Shown: positions 52,178-62,506 of the stretch, piece by piece
How positions within the stretch are numbered: the first letter of the stretch is position 1
Layout: each line of letters begins with the position of its first letter
NCBI GenBank assembly: GCA_963817915.1
Contig: CAWFQL010000012.1
Coordinates: forward strand, 608,001-672,000
Direction of reading: 5' to 3'
Source: an uncultured candidate division Zixibacteria bacterium
GTDB taxonomy: Bacteria; Zixibacteria; MSB-5A5; UBA10806
DNA length: 64,000 nucleotides
Notes under the pieces: generated by a model
What the model saw: only the letters and a program-made list of their open reading frames with translations
The model's database searches: none
What the model was told of the DNA's origin: nothing
Position numbers and translations under genes: made by a program

Positions 52178-52608
52178 GCTGACTGTAGACTGTTTACTGC
52201 CTGAATAACCTGTGTTTCCGGAGCCAGCACGATATAGAACTCCTTACCGATATAGTCCTGGACTAATTCCATAGCCTTAAAATCAAATGGGTTTGATACA
52301 GCCAAATGTGTATGTCCAACTATTTTGAATGCCGGCACGACCTTGTGCGCGATTTCAAATTCAATTGGAACTGATTTTACCACCTCGGGATTTAGAATAA
52401 CATCCTCAAGATCAATCCGGGGAAGGCCCAAATGCTCCCTCGCGAATTCCTGTACCTGATCAGTATTCATCCCGGTATAATTAATAAGTACTTTGAGAAG
52501 ATCAATATTGCGATTTTTGCACGTAATTCCAATTCTCATAAGCATCTGTTTATTAATAAGCCCAATCTCAAGCATTTTTTGAATGATATACGCCTTATCG
52601 AATTGCAT
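52174..52608 (-). CDS. Stand-alone GspE/PilB N-terminal (T2SSE_N/MshEN-like) domain protein
   Basis: LGLPRIDL..VVKSVP..HKVVP..LAVSNPFD; GGAGG SD; no ATPase domain. Confidence 0.78.
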   Translation of the reverse strand: MQFDKAYIIQKMLEIGLINKQMLMRIGITCKNRNIDLLKVLINYTGMNTDQVQEFAREHLGLPRIDLEDVILNPEVVKSVPIEFEIAHKVVPAFKIVGHTHLAVSNPFDFKAMELVQDYIGKEFYIVLAPETQVIQAVNSLQSA

Positions 52609-52672
52609 TAACGATTCCTCCCTGTGTTGAGAATTATCGAGCGGAAAGTTGAATGCTGAAGGTTTATAAAAA

Positions 52673-52703
52673 TAAACGCGGTCTTTCTACAAGACCGCGT
52701 TTA
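52673..52703 (-). terminator. Terminator downstream of the PLP lyase
   Basis: TAAACGCGGTCTT/AAGACCGCGTTTA 13-bp stem with a T-rich tail on the minus strand. Confidence 0.8.
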
Positions 52704-52745
52704 ACTGCGCAACAAATTAATATTAAGATATTTACAAATAACGAC

Positions 52746-54023
52746 TTAGATTTTGTTCAAAGCTTGATCCAAATCTCTAATCAAATCGTCCGCATCTTCA
52801 ATTCCCAGCGAGAGTCTTATCATTGAGTCGGTCATGCCTACTTTCTGGCACATCTCCTCGGGCACCTCGGAATGAGTCATTCGTCGGGGATGCTCAATTA
52901 ATGTCTCAGTGCCACCCAGGCTGACAGCCAATCTGCAGACTTCAAGGCTATTTAGCATCTTGAATGCTTCCTTCTTGCCGCCTTTTATATAAAATGAAAT
53001 CAATGATCCCGGACCAGTGCATTGTTTTTTATAAATCTCAAATTGTGGATCTGGAGCTTTCAAAAGCCCCGGATATACAACCTTTTCGACTTTCGAATGA
53101 GCCACGAGGAATTCGGCGATCTTCATCGCGTTCTCGGCACTTTTTATCATGCGAAGTTCGATGGTCTCCAATGAACGCGACATCATCCAGCAGCAGAATG
53201 GATCGGTAGTGGCGCCCAATACTGAACGAATAGGCTTTATCTGACCGATTAATCGTTTGCTGCCAAGAACAAACCCACCAATCAGATCCGAATGGCCTCC
53301 GATAAACTTGGTAGCTGAATACACGACCAAATCCACTCCAAATGGGAAACAGGCTTGAAAGACAGGGCCCATAAAGGTGTTATCTACTACTACGGGAATT
53401 TTGCCATTTGTGCCTTTGAAGCCTTTTGCGATCTCTACAACGGCCTGAATATCGGTCAGCACAATTGTTGGATTGGCAGGTGTTTCAATGAAAACCATCG
53501 CCAGGTTATCTTTATAAGCCGACATGACCTTTTTATATTCGCTGGCGTTCTGGGAACACACGGGTACAGCCTTAATATTAAATTTCGGCAGCACTTCCTC
53601 GAAAAGATGTTCCGTGCCACCGTATACGGGCGCGGAATATACAATTACATCACCCGGTTTGAGCAATGCAAAGCACATCATGGCGATAGCCGACATCCCT
53701 GACGGAAACACTGCCGCCGCTTCAGCGCCGACTTCCATTACAATCATTTTGTCTTCGACGATTTCCATATTGGGATTATTCATTCGCGAGTAAATCAGAC
53801 CCTGGTCTTCGCCATCTTTCCTGTCTTCCGGATGATTTTGAAGATGGAAAAAGCGTTCGCCGTCTTCGGCGGTCTTAAATAGGAATGTTGATGTTGGGAA
53901 AATTGGGACTTTAGCGGACATTTCTGATAGTCGGGGATCATAACCTGCCGTCAATACTCTCGTGGACGGCTTACAATGAGGCAATGCCTCTTTCCACCAA
54001 TGCTTCTTGCTTTCGTCGTGCAC
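52746..54023 (-). CDS. PLP-dependent Cys/Met metabolism enzyme (methionine gamma-lyase/cystathionine gamma-synthase family)
   Basis: YSRMNNP, SGMSAI, ETPANP, VDNTF, SATKFIGGHSD, AVSLGGTETL, IRLSLGIED; GTG 54023 has a GGAGAGG SD. Confidence 0.92.
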   Translation of the reverse strand: MHDESKKHWWKEALPHCKPSTRVLTAGYDPRLSEMSAKVPIFPTSTFLFKTAEDGERFFHLQNHPEDRKDGEDQGLIYSRMNNPNMEIVEDKMIVMEVGAEAAAVFPSGMSAIAMMCFALLKPGDVIVYSAPVYGGTEHLFEEVLPKFNIKAVPVCSQNASEYKKVMSAYKDNLAMVFIETPANPTIVLTDIQAVVEIAKGFKGTNGKIPVVVDNTFMGPVFQACFPFGVDLVVYSATKFIGGHSDLIGGFVLGSKRLIGQIKPIRSVLGATTDPFCCWMMSRSLETIELRMIKSAENAMKIAEFLVAHSKVEKVVYPGLLKAPDPQFEIYKKQCTGPGSLISFYIKGGKKEAFKMLNSLEVCRLAVSLGGTETLIEHPRRMTHSEVPEEMCQKVGMTDSMIRLSLGIEDADDLIRDLDQALNKI

Positions 54024-54294
54024 TATTACCTCTCCATTATTAGACTCTATCATCGATTCATTTTATCCATATTACATTCCAACCGTCCGAATATATCAAT
54101 AGGGCAATCAAATGGCAATCCCAAAGGGTGCTGGATATCGTTTTAGAATTCTATATCTTTATTGTGGAAAAATGTGGATATCGCGAAAATAATTTCATAT
54201 CATATCGAACCAAGAAAATTCCCGTGAGTATAATATTTTTTTGAAGGGGAAATTATGAGCAGGATCAAAATAAAGACAAGGAGAGCCAAATTCA

Positions 54295-55266
54295 ATGGTT
54301 GAGGCCAATGGATTATGCATGAGCTATGGCCCCGTGGTGGCCCTGGCCGACGCTTCATTCAAAGCGGTTAAGGGCCAGGTACTTGGGCTTCTCGGACCCA
54401 ACGGCGCCGGGAAAACTACCACAATGAAAATTCTAACCACTCAAATGGTCCCCACTGGGGGCACCGCCATGGTAGCAGGATTTGATATTCTAAAGGACCC
54501 AATTGAGGTTCGCAGACGAGTCGGCTATCTGCCGGAAACACCTCCATTATATGGCGAGATGGAAGTATTCGAATATCTCGAATTCGTGGGAAAGGCCAGG
54601 GGCCTGGATCAGCCGATGTTGAAGTCGCGAATTGACTACGTTGTCAATTCCTGCGGCCTGAGGTCGGTATTTAGAACACCGGTCGGCACTCTTTCCCGGG
54701 GCTATGGCCAGAGAGTGGGATTGGCACAGGCGTTGATACACGATCCTGAGGTTCTCATTCTCGATGAACCGACATCCGGACTTGATCCTATCCAGATTAT
54801 GGGAATAAGGGATCTGGTAAGGTCATTAGCCCATGACAAAACGATAATTTTCTCGACTCATATTTTGCAGGAGGTCGAGGCGATTTCTGATCGCGTTGTT
54901 ATCATCAATGAAGGCGTTATCGTTGCCGACGGCACACTCGAGGAATTGGAGTCAAAAGTGACAAAGTCAAAAAGATTCATCCTCGAAGTATCGACAAGCG
55001 CGTCGAATCTCAAGGCGGCATTGAATACATTGAAAGATCAGATTCCAGTCAATTTCAATGTGAACGAAAGAGATGGCTACTCGCAGGCCATGGTGGAAGC
55101 GGGGGCGTCGCACGATTTGGGCAAAATGCTTACAGATATGATTCATAAGAACGGCTGGCCGGTTCGTGAATTCGTTCGGGAAAAGGCGTCGCTTGAGGAA
55201 GCGTTCCGCTACTACGTAAAGACCGGCGCGTCTAAATCATCCAAGACAAACACGGCAGCGGCATAG
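54295..55266 (+). CDS. ABC transporter ATP-binding protein (GldA-like)
   Basis: GPNGAGKTT, LSRGYGQRVGLAQAL, ILDEPTSGLDP, STHILQEV. Confidence 0.93.
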   Translation: MVEANGLCMSYGPVVALADASFKAVKGQVLGLLGPNGAGKTTTMKILTTQMVPTGGTAMVAGFDILKDPIEVRRRVGYLPETPPLYGEMEVFEYLEFVGKARGLDQPMLKSRIDYVVNSCGLRSVFRTPVGTLSRGYGQRVGLAQALIHDPEVLILDEPTSGLDPIQIMGIRDLVRSLAHDKTIIFSTHILQEVEAISDRVVIINEGVIVADGTLEELESKVTKSKRFILEVSTSASNLKAALNTLKDQIPVNFNVNERDGYSQAMVEAGASHDLGKMLTDMIHKNGWPVREFVREKASLEEAFRYYVKTGASKSSKTNTAAA

Positions 55267-55276
55267 GAGAGATGAT

Positions 55277-57755
55277 ATGAAAAATATAAAAACCATATTC
55301 AATCGCGAATTCTCATCATATTTCAACTCGCCGATAGCCTATATTTTCATAATTTCGATCCTGGCGGTCTGCTCGGGGCTATACATGTTCTTTTTCTTCT
55401 TCGCGGCCCAACTGGCGGAGATGAGAGACTTTTTCTCGATCAATTCCTGGCTGATGCTTTTCTTCCTGCCTGCCATATCGATGAGGCTTTGGGCGGAGGA
55501 TCAAAAGTCAGGTTCGATCGCGCTGCTTCAATCATTGCCTATGAAGCCGTTCGAATTGGTAATCGGCAAATTCATGGCTGGTGTATCATTCTACATTTTA
55601 TACCTGGTCGGCACATTGCCGATACCGATAGCCTTGATGTTTCTCGGCAAGCCCGATTTTGGCCCGATATTCGGCGGTTATCTCGGCCTCTTCTTCCTGG
55701 GCGCATTGTATACTTCCATCGGAATATTTTTCTCCGGCCTTTTTAAAGACCAGATCACCGCATGGGTAATGGCGCTCTTGGGCTGCTTATTGCTTCATCT
55801 TTTGGGCTGGCTGCCTGTCGCGGCCCAACTCGATTCCTGGATTGGCGGATTCGGCACGTTCCTCCAGCGCGCCCTGGGCTCATTGAATCATTTCGAGGAT
55901 ATGTATAAAGGGATTGTCGGTCTAAATGATATTATCTACTTCGGCTCGTTAATCACGGTTTTCCTTGTTCTCAATGCCCTGACTGTCGAACAGAGAATGA
56001 GACGGCAGGCCGATCTGAAATTTTTCGGTTCGGCAATAGTGATGTTAGCCGTGGCGGCCATGCTCAATCTGGTGATATACAGACTTCCGCTCGGAAGAAT
56101 CGATACGACCGCCGGCAAAATTTATACTGTCAGCAGCGCCGCCAAGAATATTCTAAAGAATTTGAAAACGAAAGTGACAGTCAGATATTATGTCACCCCG
56201 GAAGACAAAATGCCTCCGGGCATGAAGGATATGCAGCGGAATATCAGCGATAAGCTTTCCGAATTTTCGCAGATTTCCGATAAAGTTTAAATTCGAGGTG
56301 GTCGATCCTACCGCCAATGAGGATGTCAGCAACGCTCTTGCGCAAAAAGGCATAGCGTCATTTACACTTCGCACTCAGGAAAAGGACGCTGTCGGTATCA
56401 AGAAGGTCTTTTCTTCTATCGCTATTTCTTATCTCGATAAGCCGGACGATATTCTGCCGCAGGTCTTGCCCCAAAGCCTGCCGACATTGGAATATGATAT
56501 CTGCTCCCGTATTTTCAGATTGACTCAATCGGGCACTCCAGGACTGGCAATAGTCGCCCCCTATGAACCGATGGATCAACGGTATAACGATCCTCGGATG
56601 CGCCAGATGATGCGTCAGATGGGACAGCAGGTGCCGGAAAAGACCGATAGATTCAAGAATCTGACCGGCACTCTCCAGGAACTCGGTTATCAGGTTTCAA
56701 GAGTTGACTTGTCGTCCAAAGAGAATCTTCCCGGTAACCTCAAAACATTATTTGTCGCCGATCCCGATAATCTTTCGGACCGTCAGAAATACGAAATTGC
56801 AAAAGCGCTGGCGGAGGGTAAAAATGTGATTATTGCCGCCCAGCAATATAAATATAATTACAATCCTGTTCGCGGCGACGTCATGATCATGCCGGGAAAG
56901 AACGAAACAGGTATCAACGGCCTGCTTTCGAATTATGGAGTTTCGCTCAACGATAAAATCCTGATGGATGATCAAAATCAAATAGTAAGCATTCAGACAC
57001 AGGGATCATTAGGTGGATTTATTCCGGTGCCAATTAATGTCGACGTGCAGTCGCCGGTTCAAATTAAGGTCACGCCCGATAATATGAATGACGCCTTTGG
57101 ATTTACGCAGAATCTTGGTCCAATGGTTTATCTCTGGGGTTCGGCGTTGAAAATAGATTCCACAAAGGTAAATCAACTGGGCTTGAAATTCGCGACTTTG
57201 TTTACGTCGAGTCCGAAAACATGGGAGGTAGATTATACCGGTTCGCCTCTGGCAACCAAAACCTCGGATGGCCAAAAGATGATCGGCCGCCAGCCGTTGG
57301 GAATTATTCTTACCGGGCAATTCCCATTCCCTTATGAAAATCAGCCTGTTCCCAAATGGCAAGACCAATCCGATTCAATCCCGTCTCCCACCGAGACCCA
57401 GTCGGTTACTAAAGAGCCTGGCAGGCTAATGCTGATCGGATGCAGCGAGATATTTACAGATCAATTTATACCGGATGCACGTTTCCAGGGTCAAAAACCC
57501 GCCCACGAGGATTTGATTTTGAAGGCAGTAGAAGGATTTACTCTAAGCGAGGATTTATTGCAGATCAGGAGCAAATCAGTCGAACAACGTTTCCTCAAAG
57601 AAACATCGCCGGCCGCCAAGATTCTATGGCGAATATTTACTATTCTTTTAGCTCCCGCAATCATTATAGCATTCGGAATTGTCAGAATGTATATGCGGCA
57701 GGATAGAAGACAGGCATATCGAAGACTTCTGGAACAAGCGGGTGGAGGTAACTAA
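55277..57755 (+). CDS. GldF-like permease fused to GldG-like auxiliary domain, split by a +1 frameshift near 56283
   Basis: REFSSYFNSPIAY, SMRLWAED, RIDTTAGKIYTVS in the first ORF; VDP..LEYDI in the second. Removing one A gives DKFKFEVVDP and about 825 aa. Confidence 0.85.
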
Positions 57756-57756
57756 A

Positions 57757-58803
57757 ATGAAGAATAAAACCCTTGGCATATTACTGATAATACTGGTCGC
57801 CTTGACTGCCGGCTTTTTACTGCAAAAATATTTCGGGCGCGCCAGTTCCTCTGTGGAGAGTTTTTCGGAATTGAAGATCAAGTTCGATCCGCAAAGCGTG
57901 AATACAATTCAGGTATTCAAGCAGGCCTATCCGGATTCCGGCCTTTATTTCGCCAGGAAAGATACGGGGTGGGTCATCTCAAATGAATTCAACGCTCCCG
58001 CTAAGAATGCCGATGTTTCGAAGCTGATCGCCGAGCTCGATACTGTAACAGGATCGATCAGAGCCGAAACTCCCGATCTCTATCCCGATTTCGATATTAC
58101 CGACGAAAAGGCATTGCAGATTAAATTGCTCGATATATCAGGCTCAACCCTGGTTCATGTCTTTGTGGGTAAGGGCGGACAGAGCGGCAAGGATTGCTTC
58201 GTTAGAATCGCGGGGGATCCCAAGGTTTATCTGGCTGACAACAATTTTATCTCGCGCTTCGCGGCCTGGAACGCCGAGCCATCCAAAAGACTCCCGACCA
58301 ATCGCTGGTTGGAGCTTTCCGTCTGCTCTCTGAAACGGGACGAAATCAATTCTATCAAAATTCATACTCCCAAAGCCGATTATGATTTTGTTTCGATGAA
58401 GCCCGCTCAGGCTGATAGCACATCGCCGACTCCGCCTCAAGCCACCTGGGAGCAGATAGCCCCCACTAAAGGCACTAAACTCGATGATTCTAAAATTCGC
58501 GGAATTCTCGGCGGTATTAGCGGATTGAGGGCTACAGGAGTCAGCGATCCGGCCAATAGAGATAAATTCGGATTGCCAAATTCACAGTATAATCTTTGGG
58601 CCGGCGACAGCCTCGGAAGATCAACCTTGATTAAATTCAGCGATAAGATTAATGAAGCCGAGGATCGTTATGTCGCGATCGAGGGGAATCCGAATCTTTT
58701 CATAGTCAATAAACCATCTTTCGAACGGTTTTTTGTAACTCCATTTGAGAAGCCAAAAGAGCCGGTAAAGACAAAAGAACCGATTAATTCAAAAACAAAA
58801 TAG
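57757..58803 (+). CDS. DUF4340 domain protein
   Basis: N-terminal TM, W..PA..V..L pattern, FGL..; canonical position after a GldG-like gene. Confidence 0.8.
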   Translation: MKNKTLGILLIILVALTAGFLLQKYFGRASSSVESFSELKIKFDPQSVNTIQVFKQAYPDSGLYFARKDTGWVISNEFNAPAKNADVSKLIAELDTVTGSIRAETPDLYPDFDITDEKALQIKLLDISGSTLVHVFVGKGGQSGKDCFVRIAGDPKVYLADNNFISRFAAWNAEPSKRLPTNRWLELSVCSLKRDEINSIKIHTPKADYDFVSMKPAQADSTSPTPPQATWEQIAPTKGTKLDDSKIRGILGGISGLRATGVSDPANRDKFGLPNSQYNLWAGDSLGRSTLIKFSDKINEAEDRYVAIEGNPNLFIVNKPSFERFFVTPFEKPKEPVKTKEPINSKTK

Positions 58804-58821
58804 TATTAATTACATTTATTA

Positions 58822-58858
58822 AAGGCGGCCGTGACCATCGTCATGGCCGTTCTTTTTT
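58822..58858 (+). terminator. Rho-independent terminator
   Basis: GGCGGCCGTGAC-loop-GTCATGGCCGTT followed by a T run. Confidence 0.7.
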
Positions 58859-58927
58859 GCCCGCGGGATTTGAAAATTGTTATCAAAATCGCTTGCGCCT
58901 GTAGCCACCCCATTTTATATTTCCGAT

Positions 58928-59003
58928 GTCCGTAGGGGCGGCCATTGGCCTGAGAAAGAACCCTCCGAACCTGAAACGGGTAATTCCGGCGTAGGGAACG
59001 GAC
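58928..59003 (+). ncRNA. TPP riboswitch
   Basis: P1 GTCCGT/ACGGAC, AGGGG..CTGAGA..ACCC..GAACCTGA..GGTAAT.CC.GCGTAGGGA; upstream of thi genes. Confidence 0.93.
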
Positions 59004-59073
59004 TTACGGCCACTGCAAGGGTGGTCCTATTGTCGCAATTTCCGTTACGCCGCAAAATATATATGGAGCAGCT

Positions 59074-59874
59074 ATGAAAAATCTAAATTTGGATGTTATG
59101 CTGAAGACGATCAGGCATGACCATCCGCTCATTCATAATATCACCAATTACGTCGTCATGAATTTTACCGCCAATACTCTTCTGGCGATGGGCGCGTCAC
59201 CGGTGATGGCGCATGCGCCTAATGAAGTCGAAGAGATGGTATCGCTGGCCAAGGCCCTGGTAATAAATATTGGCACGCTGTCGGATCATTGGATCGATTC
59301 GATGATAAAGGCCGGCAAAAAAGCCAATCAACTGGCTGTGCCGATAATTCTCGATCCTGTCGGTTCCGGGGCAACCTCGCTTAGAACCAACACATTCAAG
59401 AAATTGGCGAAGGAGCTTGATATCTCCATAATCAGGGGCAACGCGTCAGAGATTCTGTCAATTGCATCTGATGATATTAAAACCAAGGGAGTTGACACGG
59501 CTCACAATGTCGATCAAGCGACCGAAACAGCGATGAAGGAAGCTCATCAGCTTAATTCGATCGTCGTCATTACCGGGCCGATCGATTTGATTACTGACGG
59601 CAAAAGCATTATTCGCTGCAGTAACGGCCACCCGCTATTAAGTTCGATCACTGGTACCGGATGCGCCTCGACTGCGACTATCGCGGCATTTGCGGCGGTA
59701 TCTGTCAATATGATGTTTGCAGCTGCGGCAGGGCTGGCGTTTTTTGGAATGGCTGGTGAAATTGCCGCTGAAAAAGCCAAATCACCCGGATCATTTATGG
59801 CCGCATTAATCGATGCCATGTATGAGATTACTCCTGAGCAATTCGCAGACATGGCGAAGCTGGAACTATGCTGA
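59074..59874 (+). CDS. thiM: Hydroxyethylthiazole kinase
   Basis: PLIHNITNYVVMNFTAN, INIGTL, LDPVGSG, IRGNASEI, ITGTGC. Confidence 0.96.
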   Translation: MKNLNLDVMLKTIRHDHPLIHNITNYVVMNFTANTLLAMGASPVMAHAPNEVEEMVSLAKALVINIGTLSDHWIDSMIKAGKKANQLAVPIILDPVGSGATSLRTNTFKKLAKELDISIIRGNASEILSIASDDIKTKGVDTAHNVDQATETAMKEAHQLNSIVVITGPIDLITDGKSIIRCSNGHPLLSSITGTGCASTATIAAFAAVSVNMMFAAAAGLAFFGMAGEIAAEKAKSPGSFMAALIDAMYEITPEQFADMAKLELC

Positions 59875-60560
59875 TTTCAATGATAGATAAATCGAAAATC
59901 GATTACTCTCTGTATCTTGTGACCGATAGAGAATTATCTTTTGGTCGAAGTAACCTCGATATAGTTATGGCGGCAGCCAATGGCGGTGTAACGCTGGTGC
60001 AATTACGCGAGAAAAAAGCGACCACCGCCCAATTTTATGAAGAAGGCCTCAGGATAAGTGATTTTCTGAAATCGAGAAATATCCCTCTCATAATCAATGA
60101 TCGAATCGATCTCGCATTGGCTCTTGACGTCGATGGTGTGCATATAGGATCAGACGATATGCCGCTCGATATTGCCAGAAAAATCCTCGGCCCCGATAAA
60201 ATAATAGGCGTATCGGTGTTCACGGTTCAGGACGCGATCAACGCGGAATCCGGAGGCGCGGATTATCTTGGACTTTCACCAATATTTATTACCGCGACAA
60301 AACCTGAGCTGACCGCTCAAATTGGTATTGAGGGCATCCCGGCAATTAGTAAAGCTGTGAATATTCCGATTGTTGGAATCGGCGGGCTGAATCAAACCAA
60401 TGCTTATGCGGCTATTTCAGCAGGTTTAGATGGAATCGCAGTAGTTTCGGGTATCTGCTCGCAAAAGAGTCCAACTATGGCAGCAAAGGCAATCAAAGCC
60501 GAAATTATGCGCGCGAGAGGATTGTTTCTAAATGGTGTCGCGCATGGGGAATTGAAATGA
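59868..60560 (+). CDS. thiE: Thiamine phosphate synthase
   Basis: LYLVTD, VQLREK, LIINDRID, GVHIG, TATKP, GIGG. Confidence 0.95.
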   Translation: MLISMIDKSKIDYSLYLVTDRELSFGRSNLDIVMAAANGGVTLVQLREKKATTAQFYEEGLRISDFLKSRNIPLIINDRIDLALALDVDGVHIGSDDMPLDIARKILGPDKIIGVSVFTVQDAINAESGGADYLGLSPIFITATKPELTAQIGIEGIPAISKAVNIPIVGIGGLNQTNAYAAISAGLDGIAVVSGICSQKSPTMAAKAIKAEIMRARGLFLNGVAHGELK

Positions 60561-61561
60561 AGCTGAAGGAAATTGGCGAATTCGGATTTATCGATCGTAT
60601 CAAGAATGGCTGCTTTATAAGAGAGAAAAATGTCATAAAAGCTATCGGCGATGACTGTTGCGTATTTAGAACATCATCCAATCTTGTCACTCTCCTTACG
60701 ACAGATATGCTTGTGGAAAATATACATTTTCTACGCGAGCCGATGTCAACATTCAAATTGGGCCGAAAATCATTGGCGGTGAATATCTCCGATATTGCCG
60801 CAATGGGCGGTACGCCCCGCGAGGCTGTCATCTCAATTGCAATACCCGATTCAATCAACGTGGAATATCTCGATAGTCTTTATAATGGCATGAAAGCGAT
60901 AGCCGGCGAATTCGATGTAAATTTGCTCGGCGGGGATACGACTGCCTCGCCCCAACATCTCGTAATCAATATCTCTCTTGTAGGCGAGATTGCCGAAGAT
61001 GAAATTCTATATCGTTCAGGGGCAAAGGCGGGAGATAAAATTTTTCTGACCGGGACAATTGGCTCTTCGGCCGCCGGATTGGATTTGATTCTATCAAATC
61101 GCGAATTCGAGAAAGGCGAAGAACTGATCGAAGCGCATTTTAATCCCCTTCCTCATATAAAAGCCGGGCGGCAGATTGCGATATCAAAATTGGCCAATTC
61201 CATGATTGATGTTTCCGACGGAGTAGCCTCCGATTTAGGGCATATATGCATTGAATCGAATCTCGGGGCGGTTATTGACGAATCCCAATTGCCAGTAACG
61301 GAATTATTTAAAAATTATTGCAAAGAATTTAATCTCGATTTTGAAAAGCTGTCATTGCATGTCGGCGAAGACTATGTACTGCTGGGAACTGTGCCGGCTG
61401 AAAATTCTGCCAAGCTCAGTGCGATTCTCAATGCAAATGGCTGCCAATTATATATTATAGGCGAAATGATTAATGGTTCGGGCATTAAAATTAAGGGCTT
61501 CGATGGCAATCTGCGTCCAATAAAGGCGAGCGGATATGATCATTTTAAAAGCGGACAATAG
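60557..61561 (+). CDS. thiL: Thiamine-monophosphate kinase
   Basis: GEFGFI, IGDDC, VNISDIAAMG, GGDT, MIDVSDG, GEDY. Confidence 0.95.
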   Translation: MKLKEIGEFGFIDRIKNGCFIREKNVIKAIGDDCCVFRTSSNLVTLLTTDMLVENIHFLREPMSTFKLGRKSLAVNISDIAAMGGTPREAVISIAIPDSINVEYLDSLYNGMKAIAGEFDVNLLGGDTTASPQHLVINISLVGEIAEDEILYRSGAKAGDKIFLTGTIGSSAAGLDLILSNREFEKGEELIEAHFNPLPHIKAGRQIAISKLANSMIDVSDGVASDLGHICIESNLGAVIDESQLPVTELFKNYCKEFNLDFEKLSLHVGEDYVLLGTVPAENSAKLSAILNANGCQLYIIGEMINGSGIKIKGFDGNLRPIKASGYDHFKSGQ

Positions 61562-61573
61562 GGGTATATCGAT

Positions 61574-62368
61574 ATGATGAAAAATTGTGTCGCGCTGACA
61601 ATCGCGGGCTCCGATTCCGGCGGCGGCGCTGGAATTCAAGCCGATCTAAAAACATTCTCCGCGCTGGGCGTATATGGAACAAGCGTAATTACCGCGATAA
61701 CCGCACAGAATCTGAAAGGAGTCTATGCTATTCAGGCAATCGATAAAGATGTCGTGCGTGAGCAATTGAAGGCAGTTCTGAAGGGCTTTCCAGTCAAAGG
61801 AATTAAAACCGGAATGCTATATTCAAGCGAAATAATCGATACTATTGCGGAAGTCCTGGAAGATTACAAATCAATTTCACTTATCATTGACCCCGTTTTC
61901 GCGGCTACGTCTGGCAGCAAACTCATTCAGGATGACGCGATCGCATCGCTGACTGAAAAATTATTTCCTTTGGCAAGCTTGATCACCCCGAATATACCGG
62001 AAGCGGAATTTCTTACAAACCAATCCATCAGGACGGTCGATGACCTGAAAAAGGCTGCCGAAATGCTTTATAAGAAATTCAACGTCCCATTTCTGATGAA
62101 AGGCGGCCATCTGGATGATTCCGCCGATGATGTTTTGTTTGATTCCGAAGGCATGATAGTTTTCCAGGGTAATTCGATAAAAAATGTAAATAACCATGGT
62201 TCGGGGTGCACATTATCCTCGGCCATAGCCGCCGAATGCGCCAAGGGGAGCCAACTTAGAGATTCAGTTCGTATCGCCAAGGATTACCTCTACAATGGCC
62301 TGAAAAATAGCCATAATCTTCAAGACGGTGTAAACGTCATTGACCATTTTTGGCGCTGGTTTAGATAG
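61574..62368 (+). CDS. thiD: Hydroxymethylpyrimidine/phosphomethylpyrimidine kinase
   Basis: TIAGSDSGGGAGIQADLKT, TAQN, KTGML, TPNIPEA, KGGH, HGSGCTLS. Confidence 0.96.
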   Translation: MMKNCVALTIAGSDSGGGAGIQADLKTFSALGVYGTSVITAITAQNLKGVYAIQAIDKDVVREQLKAVLKGFPVKGIKTGMLYSSEIIDTIAEVLEDYKSISLIIDPVFAATSGSKLIQDDAIASLTEKLFPLASLITPNIPEAEFLTNQSIRTVDDLKKAAEMLYKKFNVPFLMKGGHLDDSADDVLFDSEGMIVFQGNSIKNVNNHGSGCTLSSAIAAECAKGSQLRDSVRIAKDYLYNGLKNSHNLQDGVNVIDHFWRWFR

Positions 62369-62506
62369 ATTTTTTGCGATATCGGAAGCCCGAAGCCTTT
62401 TTTGGGCATTTACAAGCTACAAGTAATATTTGACCACATTTAGACGATAATATAATGGGGTAATACCTATAGTTGGCTTTTCCGGGGATTTTGAAAAGGG
62501 ATATTT

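Noticed and set aside
54060..54290. Replication origin
   Set aside because: Only two DnaA-like boxes, with no dnaA/dnaN context or box cluster.
8531..56290. Programmed frameshifting or phase variation at the split genes
   Set aside because: No shared slippery heptamer, long homopolymer or stimulatory structure, and unrelated genes are affected. Sequencing error is simpler.
58877..59077. 66-aa ORF upstream of thiM
   Set aside because: It coincides with the TPP riboswitch and has no protein-like features.
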